Shown: positions 37,636 to 47,338, numbered from the stretch's first letter. The stretch: 49,724 nucleotides of DNA from Thermoproteota archaeon (GCA_027491415.1 JAOZFH010000008.1:1-49724); one strand, 5' to 3'. The notes: generated by a model not told the origin, from the letters alone. Made by a program: numbers and translations.

Positions 37636-39801
37636 TCACTGGGAGGGGGACTTCCTCCTCCTCTCGAGGAGGACCCCCACGACCACCAGGACGGCGACGG
37701 CGATGACCAGCCACTGCTCGAAGGTGGCCGCGCCGAACTCGACGCCCGCCGAGGGCATGAACACGGCGGTGGCATCCAGCGTGTTCCTGGGATCGACGCC
37801 CACCACGAAGATGTCGGTGAGGTTGTAATCGCCCTTGCCGATCACGCAGTAGTGGACAACCACAGGATTGTACACATCCATGTTGAGGTTCTCATAGGTC
37901 CCCTTGGCGGACACGACCACCCTCCCGGCGCCGGTGTCGAGGGTGTTCTGTACCCACGAGACGAGGAAGTCGGTTCCGCCGGCGGCTATGGTGCTGCCCT
38001 CGGCGTAGTTGGTTCCGTTGACGTTAATCGTGCTGCCGTCGACCGGATAGACGGTCCACTGCCTAGTAGACCCGTCGGCCAGCGTGACCGTGACCGTCTT
38101 AACGTTGGCCGCCCCGGGCCCGTCGAACCACTCCGCGAAACCCATCTGCGGTGCCGGAAGCGGGTAGGTCTTCCACAGGTATCCCTTCTGGTAGCCAGTG
38201 AGGCCGGTCACAACCTGGCTGTAGTCCGGCGGAGAGTTCGAGTCGGCGTCTTGGGCCAGCATTTCGATCGGGAAGAACATCATGCTCTCGTTGCTCGCGT
38301 CGCTCTCCTTTGCCATGAAGTTGAGTGGGATTAGGTCATAGAACTCGACGTAGGGCGTCATCCACTCCCCGGCGTTGTAGAGCTCGATCGTTATGCAGGT
38401 CATGTTGTTCACGGGCCCGGGCCTGACCTCCTTCTTCGCCTTGACCAAGTAGCCCCTGACCACCCAGATCATCTCCCTCACGATAAACTTGGACCTCCCG
38501 TCGGGCCCCACACCGACGGTCGTGTTGGTGTAGTTCATCCAGCCGTAGGTCTCGTCCCTCTCTATCCTAGCCCTGAACTCGGCCCAGACCTTCGGAACCG
38601 ATCCGGAGGAGAAGCTGAACGGGCCGTACTGATAGGAGGCGCTGGCCTCTCCCGGGCCTATGACAGCTATCGGAGAGCCGACCTGCTCATTCTCGGAGCC
38701 CGCTATTGGAGTGCCCTCAGGGTTCGCCGTGGTGGTGGCCCACAGCTTGGTGTAGACGATCTCGTAGTCGAAGGTCCCGCTCGTGTCGTACACCACAAGG
38801 GTCTCGTACCAGGTAGACGGAGTCGAGGTGTCCTGTTCCTTCTTGGCCTCGAAGTCGGCATCCCCCACCGCGTAAAGATAGCCCACGCGGCTTCCGCTTA
38901 TCGCCCTCGCAAGCGTGAACCTGAGGTAGATCGTTCCCATGTGGACCTTCTGGGTGCTTCCACCGACCTCTGAGAGGTCGGGAGTTCCCCTAACGACGAC
39001 TCCCGTGAGGTTCTCGTTGGAGTTCGCCGCCACGGTGAACCAGCCGTCCGGCCAGCTGCCGTCGCCCGTCCAGTTGAGCTGCTTTCCGTCGGTGGAGAGT
39101 CCAGACCCACCACTCGTGGGAGTGCCCGCTGAAGTGAACACCGGGTTGCCGGCGGCATCCCGCCAGCCGTCACTCGGCCCGTTGTCCGGGGGCAGGATCT
39201 TCCGGAGCTTGACGCTGACGTCCCACGGGAGATCGTTCACTACGGTTATGTTGATCTCGATGTCCTGAGTCTGCCCGTCCACTATCTTCTCGGGGTCTAT
39301 CGTCTCACTCACCCTTATCGGGGGGCAGGTCGAGATGGACGCTCCGTCGATGGAGTATGTTAGAACAACCCTGTCACCCGGCTGAAGTTCGGTTATGTGG
39401 ACCCAGTGCATGCTGTTCGCATCGCCGAATCCGCTGGAGGGGTAGGAGTTAAGGACCCATGAGGGTATCGAAGCCCCCGGGGCCGACACCTCAACGTAGG
39501 CGTAGGACGGCTTCTCTGACACGGACAGGGGGGTGAGATAGGTCAGGGTCGTGTCGAGCCAGATGGGGAGCCACACGTCGAACACCCTCTCCGTCGCCCC
39601 GTTGTATATCGTGACGTTGCCCGTGACGTTCCACGCCCCGCAGTCGTAGAAGAGGCCGTCGGTCTCCAGGGTGGCGTTAACGATCTCAGTCAGGTACACG
39701 CTCAGCGGCGCGTCTGGAGTCGCCTGCGAGACTTGAGAGGAGCCTGGGGCCACTAGGAGGGCAACCAGGAGGGCGACTCCGAGTACCCCTCTGCGATTCA
39801 T
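37636..39801 (-). CDS. Secreted beta-rich surface protein; candidate major fibre subunit (GVDP-linker-TM-RRRK C-terminus)
   Basis: Signal peptide MNRRGVLGVALLVALL after a GGTGG SD-like element; Thr/Gly/Asn-rich with several NxT/S sequons; C-terminal DIFVVGVDP...WLVIAVAVLVVVGVLLERRRK. Confidence 0.75.
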   Translation of the reverse strand: MNRRGVLGVALLVALLVAPGSSQVSQATPDAPLSVYLTEIVNATLETDGLFYDCGAWNVTGNVTIYNGATERVFDVWLPIWLDTTLTYLTPLSVSEKPSYAYVEVSAPGASIPSWVLNSYPSSGFGDANSMHWVHITELQPGDRVVLTYSIDGASISTCPPIRVSETIDPEKIVDGQTQDIEINITVVNDLPWDVSVKLRKILPPDNGPSDGWRDAAGNPVFTSAGTPTSGGSGLSTDGKQLNWTGDGSWPDGWFTVAANSNENLTGVVVRGTPDLSEVGGSTQKVHMGTIYLRFTLARAISGSRVGYLYAVGDADFEAKKEQDTSTPSTWYETLVVYDTSGTFDYEIVYTKLWATTTANPEGTPIAGSENEQVGSPIAVIGPGEASASYQYGPFSFSSGSVPKVWAEFRARIERDETYGWMNYTNTTVGVGPDGRSKFIVREMIWVVRGYLVKAKKEVRPGPVNNMTCITIELYNAGEWMTPYVEFYDLIPLNFMAKESDASNESMMFFPIEMLAQDADSNSPPDYSQVVTGLTGYQKGYLWKTYPLPAPQMGFAEWFDGPGAANVKTVTVTLADGSTRQWTVYPVDGSTINVNGTNYAEGSTIAAGGTDFLVSWVQNTLDTGAGRVVVSAKGTYENLNMDVYNPVVVHYCVIGKGDYNLTDIFVVGVDPRNTLDATAVFMPSAGVEFGAATFEQWLVIAVAVLVVVGVLLERRRKSPSQ

Positions 39802-40034
39802 GGTAACCACCTGACCACCACACAATATCAAGCATTTAGCTTGATATTGCACATCTTCACTTGTTATTTTCAGCGATCCGCCACATTAAAACGGTTGTAG
39901 CCGCCGCTCCAAACGACTCAACTAGGAAGCGATGAAACGTTTCCTCGAGGCCCACCTACCCCTCAGGTAAGCGCGTAGCTTAAGTGAAGCCGCCTAGTGA
40001 GTTTAAAAACCGTGGATGGGGGTGAGCGCCGCCC

Positions 40035-40406
40035 TCATCCCACGAGGGACAGGAGCAGAGATATCCCCAGCACGAGGCCCACAATCGCCGACAGCACTAA
40101 GCCCAGTACGAAGCCCACGACTGCGATCAGCAGGGCATGACCCCACCCTATGTCAAACCAGACCTTTATCAACCATATCCAGACCAATATGGCCACCAAG
40201 AACCCTATGACCGGGATGAGCTTCACGAGAACCACTTCTAGGACCGCCCCTACCAAGGCCAGCAGGGCCACGGAGAGCAAGCCCTTTTCTTTCTCCTTAG
40301 GGAGGACGAATCTCTGAGACAGCCACAGAGCAATCACATTAGCGACAAACGTAGCCATCGCGACGGCAGGCGCCCAGGCCACCCCTCCAACCCCGAAAGC
40401 TGGCAT
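40035..40406 (-). CDS. Small four-TM membrane protein
   Basis: Hydrophobic 123-aa C-terminal part of the 228-aa ORF (IWLIKVWFDIGWGHALLIAV). The upstream part overlaps the nitroreductase in another frame. Confidence 0.7.
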   Translation of the reverse strand: MPAFGVGGVAWAPAVAMATFVANVIALWLSQRFVLPKEKEKGLLSVALLALVGAVLEVVLVKLIPVIGFLVAILVWIWLIKVWFDIGWGHALLIAVVGFVLGLVLSAIVGLVLGISLLLSLVG

Positions 40407-40456
40407 TGTAAGACCCCGCCTCCTCTCATGAGATATAAGCCTACCTGACCTCCCGC

Positions 40457-41053
40457 TCACATGCTGGGCCTCCTCAGCCTCGGGTCGGAAGCGGAGTATG
40501 GAAATGGACGTTCGAGTGTGTCGAGGGTGACGATCTCTTCGACGGGCCTCCTGCCTGTGGTTCTCGGCGAGGCCCGCGGCCTCCCGACAGTAAGCACAGC
40601 AACGGGACGCAGGCCCGCGCCGACAGCCCCGACGGCTCTGAGCACGGCCTCGTCGTTGAAGGCGCCCACCCAGCAGGTCCCGTATCCGAGGGCGTGAGCG
40701 GCGAGCATGGCGAACGTGCACGCTATCGTGGCGTCCTGAAGCGAGTAGAGCTCAGCCCCCCTGGTCCCATACCTCCTCGCCGACACCGCAGGTTCAGCGA
40801 GAAACACCAGGGACACTGGAGCCTCAGCTACGAATCTCTGCCCCCAGCAGGCGTCGGCGAGTCTCCTCCTAGTCTCCGGATCCTTCGCGACTACAATTCT
40901 GTACGCTTGTAGGTTGCCGGCCGACGGCGCGCTGCAGGCCGCCTCTATTATCCTGTTCAGGTCTTCCTCGCCCACCGGATCCGGGAGGTAAGACCTCACC
41001 GACCTCCTGCGGCCCATCACCTCGAACAGGTCGGTGCAGTCCTTCCTCACCAT
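40457..41053 (-). CDS. Nitroreductase family protein
   Basis: RRSVRSY, APSAGNLQ, QDATIA and GYGTCWVGAF. Confidence 0.92.
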   Translation of the reverse strand: MVRKDCTDLFEVMGRRRSVRSYLPDPVGEEDLNRIIEAACSAPSAGNLQAYRIVVAKDPETRRRLADACWGQRFVAEAPVSLVFLAEPAVSARRYGTRGAELYSLQDATIACTFAMLAAHALGYGTCWVGAFNDEAVLRAVGAVGAGLRPVAVLTVGRPRASPRTTGRRPVEEIVTLDTLERPFPYSASDPRLRRPSM

Positions 41054-41054
41054 G

Positions 41055-42164
41055 TCACCCCAGCTCCTTCCTCAGCTCCCTCTCCATGAGCTCGACGTCC
41101 TTCATCGTCAGCTTGCCGTAGCTGATCCTCATCCACTCCGGGGCCGACCCGAAGGCCGCGCCCGGAACCATCCCCACCACGACATCCCTGGACGGGTCGA
41201 GGAGCCTCGAGACCAGTTCAGAGGAGTCCGGGAATTTAGGGTGCCTAGCGAAGACGTAGAACGCCCCCTTAGGCTCGACGAACTCGAATCCGAGCCTCAT
41301 AAGAGCTCCTACCAAGGCGTCTCTCCTGAGCCTGTAGAACTCCCTCACCCCCTCGAAGTAGACCTCGTCGGCGGCCCGCACCTCCTCCGCGAACACCATC
41401 TGGGAGATGTCGCTAGACCCGGCCGTCGTGTGGTAGACGATTCTCCCTATCTTCTGAGCGACCTCCCTGTCCGACGAGTAGATGTAACCTATCCTTATCC
41501 CCGGGAGGGAGAGGCTCTTCGAGGCAGTGTCCAGTATTAGATCCCCGGGGAAGGGTGGCCTGCTCTGGAAGTATATTTCATGGTACACGGCGTCGTTTAT
41601 CAGGGCAACTCCCCGCCTGCTCAGCTCCTCCCAGAGCTCCTCGATCTGCCTCGAGGGTGGTACGTGCCCCGTCGGGTTGTTGGGAAAGTTGATCAGCACG
41701 CCCCTGACATCGTCCGAGAGCTTGGACAGGATCTCCTCAACGAGGTCCCCGGACAGGGGGTCGTACGTGTCGTACTTGACGCCAGCAGTCTCTGCCTGTG
41801 GATAGTAGAGCGGAAAGCCGGGCTTCGGTAGAAGTAACTTCCCCCCTCGGAACAGGGCCATGGACACGAAGCAGGCATGTGCCCCGCTGGCGGTTATGAC
41901 AATCCTCTCAGGATCTTCGGGCAGGCCGAGCGTCCTCGCCGCGAACTCCGCGGCCGCCTTCCGCGTGGATTTCGTCCCCACAAAGGGTGTGTAGGACCTC
42001 CCCACCCCCTTGGCTCTCCGTAGAACGTCCTCCACGGGTAAGGGGGGATCGTGAGAGGGGGCTCCTATGTGAGCGTCGACCACGACTTTCCCCTGGCCTC
42101 TCAGGCTATCGCACCGAGCGAAAACGTCTCTAATGGACAGTACCTGAGTCCGCGAACCCGACAA
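41055..42164 (-). CDS. Class I/II PLP-dependent aminotransferase (aspartate aminotransferase-like)
   Basis: NFPNNPTG, NDAVYHEI, SKSLSLPGIRIG (PLP Lys) and PKGAFY. Confidence 0.88.
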   Translation of the reverse strand: MSGSRTQVLSIRDVFARCDSLRGQGKVVVDAHIGAPSHDPPLPVEDVLRRAKGVGRSYTPFVGTKSTRKAAAEFAARTLGLPEDPERIVITASGAHACFVSMALFRGGKLLLPKPGFPLYYPQAETAGVKYDTYDPLSGDLVEEILSKLSDDVRGVLINFPNNPTGHVPPSRQIEELWEELSRRGVALINDAVYHEIYFQSRPPFPGDLILDTASKSLSLPGIRIGYIYSSDREVAQKIGRIVYHTTAGSSDISQMVFAEEVRAADEVYFEGVREFYRLRRDALVGALMRLGFEFVEPKGAFYVFARHPKFPDSSELVSRLLDPSRDVVVGMVPGAAFGSAPEWMRISYGKLTMKDVELMERELRKELG

Positions 42165-42243
42165 CTAGTCTCCCCTTGCCCCCAGTCAGGTATTGGAAAA
42201 ACCTTTTTCTCCCGGTGGGGCGGCCCCTCCGAGCGAAGTTCTG

Positions 42244-43620
42244 CTAAACTCTCCCTAGCCCGGACGTCTTGCTGAATTTCTCGCCCAACACTGACTCCAT
42301 TGCGGCCCTCTTCCTAGCGTACTCGGCCATGGACTCGGCGCCCAGCTCCTCGAACAGGCTTGCAGCCTTCAGGTACCACCCGGCTGCCTCCGCATGGGAC
42401 ACCTCCGAGACGAGCTCGGCAATCCACAGCGTGGCGCGGGCCTCGACTTCTGCCACACCCGGTAGGTCGATGCCGGCCTCCCTGACACCCGCCGTCGAGA
42501 GCTTGAGCTCAGCCCACGCCCTAAACGCCCGATGCTTCAGCCCAGACTCGGTGTAGGCGAGGGCGGCCCTCTCAAGCGCCTCGTGATACTGAGCGAGCAC
42601 GGGGGCCCCGGAATCGGCGTGGGGTCGGAGGGTCTCGGCGGCCTCTTGAAAAAGAACGCCTGCTAAAGCGCTCTTTCCGGACTTAACGGCCAGGCGTCCA
42701 GCTTTCACCAGCAACCTCCACCTCCTAATGGGATCACGGCCTCTAGAGGACAGGGTTGACAGGATCGCCGCGGCAGCAAGCGGGAGCTCGGCCGCCTGAG
42801 CCTCCTCCGCGACCTCCTCCGAGTTCAGCTCCGGGGCGACCCGGATGACGGCAACCGCCTCAGCCCAGAAGCCGGCGTCTATCATGGCGTCCAAGGTCGC
42901 CAGCCGAGCACGTCGACTAAGCTCGGCCGCCGTTAGGCGGCCGAGTAGGCTCCACACGAAGGATGGCCAGTTCCCCAGGATGGATGACAGTACATCTCTC
43001 AGAGATCGAGCGGAGATTCTTCCGTCCTCAGCCCTCTCATACGACTCCTTAATGACGGATAGCACGACACCAGCGGGCCATCCAACCTTGGCCAGGGCGT
43101 CAACTCCTCTAAGACCTATCCCAGACCGCTCAAATTCCCTGGCCAGGGACTGCTCGAGCCTCCGAAGTATTGCAGGATGAACGTTCGTCAGGGACCCCGT
43201 CGCCAGCCTCACGGCACTTGCAACGGGGTCGTCCGCCCGCTTGGGCGAGTCGCGTTCAGCCCTCTTGTGGTGAAGGGTCGCGGCGGCGAGCGCGCCCATG
43301 AAGAGGGCCTCCGGGTTAACATCCAAGCTATCCAGCGCCTTGAGGATCCGGGGGACTGCGGGCGGGTCCCGCAGGGTTAGAGCGTAGCCGAACCGGTACC
43401 ACCAGTCGTAGTCGGCGGGAAGGTCCCCTCGGGGGCTAATGCCAAAGAAAGCCACCCTGCGAAGCAGGGGAAGCCAGAGCACTAGTGACCTGAGCTTTGA
43501 GGCGCTCGCCGCCTTGGCTAAGCTCGAGAGGATCTCATCCGACGAGGAACTCTCGGTCCGACGGTGCGACCGCAAGGCCGCAGAGAACAGCCTGGCCGCC
43601 AATTCGGGCTGAGGGAGCAC
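42244..43620 (-). CDS. Hypothetical all-alpha protein with TPR/SNAP-like C-terminal helices
   Basis: Ala/Leu-rich helical pattern, with AAGWYLKAASLFEELG near the C-terminus. No family recognised. Confidence 0.55.
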   Translation of the reverse strand: MLPQPELAARLFSAALRSHRRTESSSSDEILSSLAKAASASKLRSLVLWLPLLRRVAFFGISPRGDLPADYDWWYRFGYALTLRDPPAVPRILKALDSLDVNPEALFMGALAAATLHHKRAERDSPKRADDPVASAVRLATGSLTNVHPAILRRLEQSLAREFERSGIGLRGVDALAKVGWPAGVVLSVIKESYERAEDGRISARSLRDVLSSILGNWPSFVWSLLGRLTAAELSRRARLATLDAMIDAGFWAEAVAVIRVAPELNSEEVAEEAQAAELPLAAAAILSTLSSRGRDPIRRWRLLVKAGRLAVKSGKSALAGVLFQEAAETLRPHADSGAPVLAQYHEALERAALAYTESGLKHRAFRAWAELKLSTAGVREAGIDLPGVAEVEARATLWIAELVSEVSHAEAAGWYLKAASLFEELGAESMAEYARKRAAMESVLGEKFSKTSGLGRV

Positions 43621-43676
43621 GATGCCGCCGCAGCTCGGTACGTTAAGACTTGGACATTCCGAACGTAATACGCCTG

Positions 43677-45218
43677 TCAGCCGAGGGGTGTTCCCAGCTC
43701 CTCTAGGGGAGCCCCGGCCAGAAACCTCTTGACGGCCTCGACAAGGGCGGCCCTGTCTGCCCTCACCTGGGCCATGGTGTCCCTGTCCCTGAGGGTGACG
43801 GTCCCGTCATCTAGCGTCTGATAGTCGACCGTGATGCACAGCGGCGTTCCGACCTCGTCCATGCGCCTGTACCTCCTGCCTATGGAGTCCTTCTCGTCAT
43901 AGTAGACGAAGAACTCGCCCGAGAGCTCCCGAGCTAGCTCCCTCGCGACCTCCGGGAGCCCGTCCTTCGAGACGAGTGGAAACACGGCCACGTCGATCGG
44001 GGCGAGGTGCCTCGGTATCTTGAGCCACTTTCTCTTCTCATCCTCCACGTAGGACATCATGAGCACGTGGAGAACCGTCCGGTCCAGGCCGATGGACGGC
44101 TCGTAGAGGTGCGGCGCCACCTTTCCCCTCGGGGTCTGGACCGAGAGATCGATACCAGACGCCTTGGAGTGACCCTTCAGGTCGTAGTCGGTCCGATAGG
44201 CGTTGTTGACCAGCTCCACCCAGCCGAGATCCTCGGTGTACACCTCGAGGTCCCAGTGGGCGGAGGCGTAGTGGGCCCTCTCGTCAGGGCCCAGCTCCCG
44301 ATACCTGAGCCTCTCCAGCGGGAGGCCTATTACCTCGTTGAAGAACTTCTGATAGATCACCAGCCAGTAGGTGATGAGCGAATTTATGGTGTAGCCGCTC
44401 TCCAGGGCCTCGCGGGCCGTAATCTCCGTGATCTCGCCCGTGTCCCTGTCATCCAACCGGAGGAACCTGAGCCTGTAGTCCAGCAGGGGCCTCAGCTTCT
44501 CGTCGTACTGAGACGTGTCCTCCGGATCGAAGAAGACGTGGATCTCGAGCTGCTGGAACTCCCTCATCCTCACCAGGGCCCGCCTGGGCGCTATCTCGTT
44601 CCTGAACACCCTCCCCCTCTGGGCCATTATGAAGGGAAGCTTCCCCCTCATGGTCAGGAAGGTCCTCCTGAACTCGACCACGCTGCCCTGAGTCGTCTCA
44701 GGCCTCAGGGCGGCGTTAGGCTCCTCCGCCTCGGCCCCGACCGCGATGGTGAACATCAGGTTGAACCTCTTCACCTCGGTCCAGTCGAAGGCCCCGCACT
44801 TGGGGCACCTGACCTCCCCCTCCAGCAGCATGCGGCGCAGCTCCTCGTCTGGGTATCCCTCGAGGTTCTCCCTCACCCCCAGCTTCTCCTCCAAGAGCTT
44901 GTCGATCCTGAACCTCGAGTGGCACCTCTTACACTCCACCAGCCTGTCGAAGAAGTGCTTGAGGTGTCCAGAGGCGTCGAAAACCTGTATGGGAAGCATC
45001 AGCGGGGTCTCGAGCTCGAACGCCCCTTCTGGCCTGACGATGTGCCTCCTCCACAGGTCGGCAATCTTTTCCTTGAGCCTGTAGCCCAGGGGCCCGTAGA
45101 CCCAGAAGCCCGCGGGGGCTTGGGGGTACAGGTCCCTAGCGGAGGGCCAGAAGAACCCCCTCCGATTCGCCAGCTCGACAACCTTCTCAAACGTCCCCTT
45201 CACAGCAGGCCCAGCCAT
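43677..45218 (-). CDS. glyS: Glycine--tRNA ligase (alpha2, archaeal/eukaryotic type)
   Basis: RRGFFWPS, YGPLG, LRPETTQG, FRNEIAPR..RMREFQQLE, EPSIGLDR and the anticodon-binding SIGRRYRRMDEVGTP. Start set at ATG 45218. Confidence 0.95.
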   Translation of the reverse strand: MAGPAVKGTFEKVVELANRRGFFWPSARDLYPQAPAGFWVYGPLGYRLKEKIADLWRRHIVRPEGAFELETPLMLPIQVFDASGHLKHFFDRLVECKRCHSRFRIDKLLEEKLGVRENLEGYPDEELRRMLLEGEVRCPKCGAFDWTEVKRFNLMFTIAVGAEAEEPNAALRPETTQGSVVEFRRTFLTMRGKLPFIMAQRGRVFRNEIAPRRALVRMREFQQLEIHVFFDPEDTSQYDEKLRPLLDYRLRFLRLDDRDTGEITEITAREALESGYTINSLITYWLVIYQKFFNEVIGLPLERLRYRELGPDERAHYASAHWDLEVYTEDLGWVELVNNAYRTDYDLKGHSKASGIDLSVQTPRGKVAPHLYEPSIGLDRTVLHVLMMSYVEDEKRKWLKIPRHLAPIDVAVFPLVSKDGLPEVARELARELSGEFFVYYDEKDSIGRRYRRMDEVGTPLCITVDYQTLDDGTVTLRDRDTMAQVRADRAALVEAVKRFLAGAPLEELGTPLG

Positions 45219-45769
45219 CGGACCACCTTCTCCGGAATATTGGCCTCCTCTAGGATCACCCGAAGGGCGTCTTCCTTGCTCGAGCCCTCCCTGATTAGCA
45301 TCTCCATTAGAAACTTGGCGGTCTCCGCATACTCCCAAGGGTATATCACCCAGCTCTCGGTCTGCTCCACGTAGTAGTCCGGAGTTACCTTGCTCCAGGG
45401 CTTGTAGTGGAGCGTCGCGACGCGGACCTCCGAGGCCCCCATTTCCCTCACGTGCCTGACGGCCTCTGCTAGGCTGTCTCCCGTGTCGGCCACGTCGTCC
45501 ACCACCAGCACCCTCTTTCCGTCCACCCTTTCCCTGAGGGGCTCCACGATCCTAGCCCCCTCCCTCTTCTCGAGGGCGGAGTAGTGCTCTATCCTCACGC
45601 TCCTTATCTCCCTAACGTCCAGGAAGTCGCTGAGATAGCGGGCGATGACCATACCACCCCGGAAGATGGACACGAGGACCTCGGGCCGGTACCCGTCCCT
45701 GGTGATCTTGTCTGCCAGCTTCATGGTCATCTCGAGGATGTCGTTCGGCCTAACGGTCAGAAACTCCAC
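45200..45769 (-). CDS. Purine phosphoribosyltransferase (type I PRTase)
   Basis: RGG, VLVVDDVADTGDSL PRPP-binding motif, and PDYY..WVIYPWE. Confidence 0.9.
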   Translation of the reverse strand: MEFLTVRPNDILEMTMKLADKITRDGYRPEVLVSIFRGGMVIARYLSDFLDVREIRSVRIEHYSALEKREGARIVEPLRERVDGKRVLVVDDVADTGDSLAEAVRHVREMGASEVRVATLHYKPWSKVTPDYYVEQTESWVIYPWEYAETAKFLMEMLIREGSSKEDALRVILEEANIPEKVVRWLGLL

Positions 45770-46076
45770 CAGACCACCTCCCGACCTGAAGAGGAGGGCA
45801 GCGACACGGCTTGAAGCCGCACCGGGGACACCCCGAACCGTACCTCTCGACGAAAGCCGACTCCAAGTTGACGCCCAAGAGGTCGAGGGTGCTTAGCAGC
45901 CAGGCGAAGACGTCCGCCGCCTCGGCCCTGATGTCCTCCTCAGATCCCCGCCTGATAGCCTCCAGCAGCTCACCCAGCTCCTCAACGAGGTGCAGGGCCG
46001 TGAGCGGGGCGCCCCTCTCCGAGTCCCTCTCGTGGTAGGTCTCCCGAATGAGCGCTTGGGCCTCGGAGATCCTCAA
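45750..46076 (-). CDS. MazG-like nucleotide pyrophosphohydrolase
   Basis: LVEELGEL..EAADVFAWL and C-terminal CPRCGFKPCRC. Confidence 0.85.
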   Translation of the reverse strand: MRISEAQALIRETYHERDSERGAPLTALHLVEELGELLEAIRRGSEEDIRAEAADVFAWLLSTLDLLGVNLESAFVERYGSGCPRCGFKPCRCPPLQVGRWSGGVSDR

Positions 46077-46088
46077 CTGGCAGGCACC

Positions 46089-46253
46089 TCACGCGGCCGC
46101 CCTAAGCACTAGCAGGATCACGGAAGACGCTATGGAGACCGCCACGGGGAACCACTTTGGAACCTTCAGGCCGCCGGACTCCTCCTGGGAGAAGGACAGC
46201 AAGCCGGCGGTCGACATCGGCATGAAGCTCCGCTCCTTCTTTTTCTTGGGCAT
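46089..46253 (-). CDS. secG: Preprotein translocase subunit Sec61beta/SecG (54 aa, missed by ORF track)
   Basis: MPKKKKERSFMPMSTAGLLSFSQEESGGLKVPKWFPVAVSIASSVILLVLRAAA: basic N-terminus, AGL..F..EE motif and a single C-terminal TM. SD-like GGGGAGG upstream. Confidence 0.82.
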   Translation of the reverse strand: MPKKKKERSFMPMSTAGLLSFSQEESGGLKVPKWFPVAVSIASSVILLVLRAAA

Positions 46254-46363
46254 GCTTCCTCCCCTTCGCCCACCGAGGGGACGAGGGATATAACTTTGAC
46301 TCCAATCGCTGTAACTGGGTCATGGGCCGACCGGTGGAAAAATCTTAAGGTCGAGCGGACGGG

Positions 46364-47338
46364 GTGAGCGCCTCGTTGGAGATAAGACTCTCAAACGGCG
46401 TAGAGGTTCGTGAGGGGGACACCAGAATCCTCCTCGACCCGAGGAGGACGGAGCCAGGCGTGCCCACCCTGGTGTCCCACGCACACGCCGATCACGTGCC
46501 GAGGGGCCTCAAGACCTCCTCCTCACTGCTCGCCTGCACCCGACCAACGGCGGACGTGATACGGGCCAGGTACGGGGGTATTAGGAGGCCGGTGATAGTC
46601 GAGTTTGGGGAGCCCATGGAGGTTGGCAGCCTGACGATCACGGCCTACCCAGCTGGGCACATCCTCGGCTCGGCCATGTTCCTCATCGAGGGCAGGGGAC
46701 CTTCCCTCCTGTACACGGGCGACGTTAACCCCCTGGGGGGCCTCACGGTCGAGTCGCCGGCGATCGTCCCGAGGGCGGATGTGATAGTCATCGAGTCCAC
46801 CTACGGGTCCCCGAGGTTCGGGTTTCCCCACCCCCAGAGGGTCAGGGCTGAGCTCGCCCTCTGGGCGGCCAGGGTCATGAGGGAGGGGTCTACGCCCGCC
46901 GTGCTGGCCTACGCCGTTGGAAAGGCCCAAGAGATCATCGCAGCCCTGAACAGGCTGCTCGACGTCCCGGTTCAGGCCGATCCTGAGATCCTGAGGGTGA
47001 CCGAGGCTTACAAAAACCACACTAAGGCGGATCTCGTCGCCTCTCCGCTGGGAGGCCACGAAGGCGGAGTCGCCGTCGTGAGCGCCCGAAGCAAGGCGGT
47101 CGCCAGAAGGCTCTCCTTGGCGACTGGGTGGGTGATACTGAGGGTTCCCAGATGGGCTGACGCTGGATTCCCACTGAGCTCTCACGCGGATTACGCGGGG
47201 CTGGTGGAGGTCGCGAGGAGATCAGAAGCAGGTAGGGCTTACACGGTTTGGGGACGGACGAGAGATCTTGCGAGAGGGCTAACCCTAGAGCTGGGCATGG
47301 AGGCCAGGCCACTCAGTTCGAGGTGGGAGTCCCTCTAA
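46364..47338 (+). CDS. Metallo-beta-lactamase/beta-CASP-like nuclease
   Basis: SHAHADH, AGHILGS, YTGD, ESTYG, GKAQE and LSSHAD. Confidence 0.85.
   Translation: MSASLEIRLSNGVEVREGDTRILLDPRRTEPGVPTLVSHAHADHVPRGLKTSSSLLACTRPTADVIRARYGGIRRPVIVEFGEPMEVGSLTITAYPAGHILGSAMFLIEGRGPSLLYTGDVNPLGGLTVESPAIVPRADVIVIESTYGSPRFGFPHPQRVRAELALWAARVMREGSTPAVLAYAVGKAQEIIAALNRLLDVPVQADPEILRVTEAYKNHTKADLVASPLGGHEGGVAVVSARSKAVARRLSLATGWVILRVPRWADAGFPLSSHADYAGLVEVARRSEAGRAYTVWGRTRDLARGLTLELGMEARPLSSRWESL

Noticed and set aside
37604-37714. N-terminal 37 aa of the 308-aa ORF
   Set aside because: Overlaps the upstream gene's TM-coding end in another frame; the signal peptide begins at ATG 37603.
44007-45374. 455-aa plus-strand ORF, and many similar 60-250-aa ORFs across the window
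   Set aside because: Antisense or alternate-frame shadows of well-supported genes (here glyS); expected in high-GC DNA, with no motifs.
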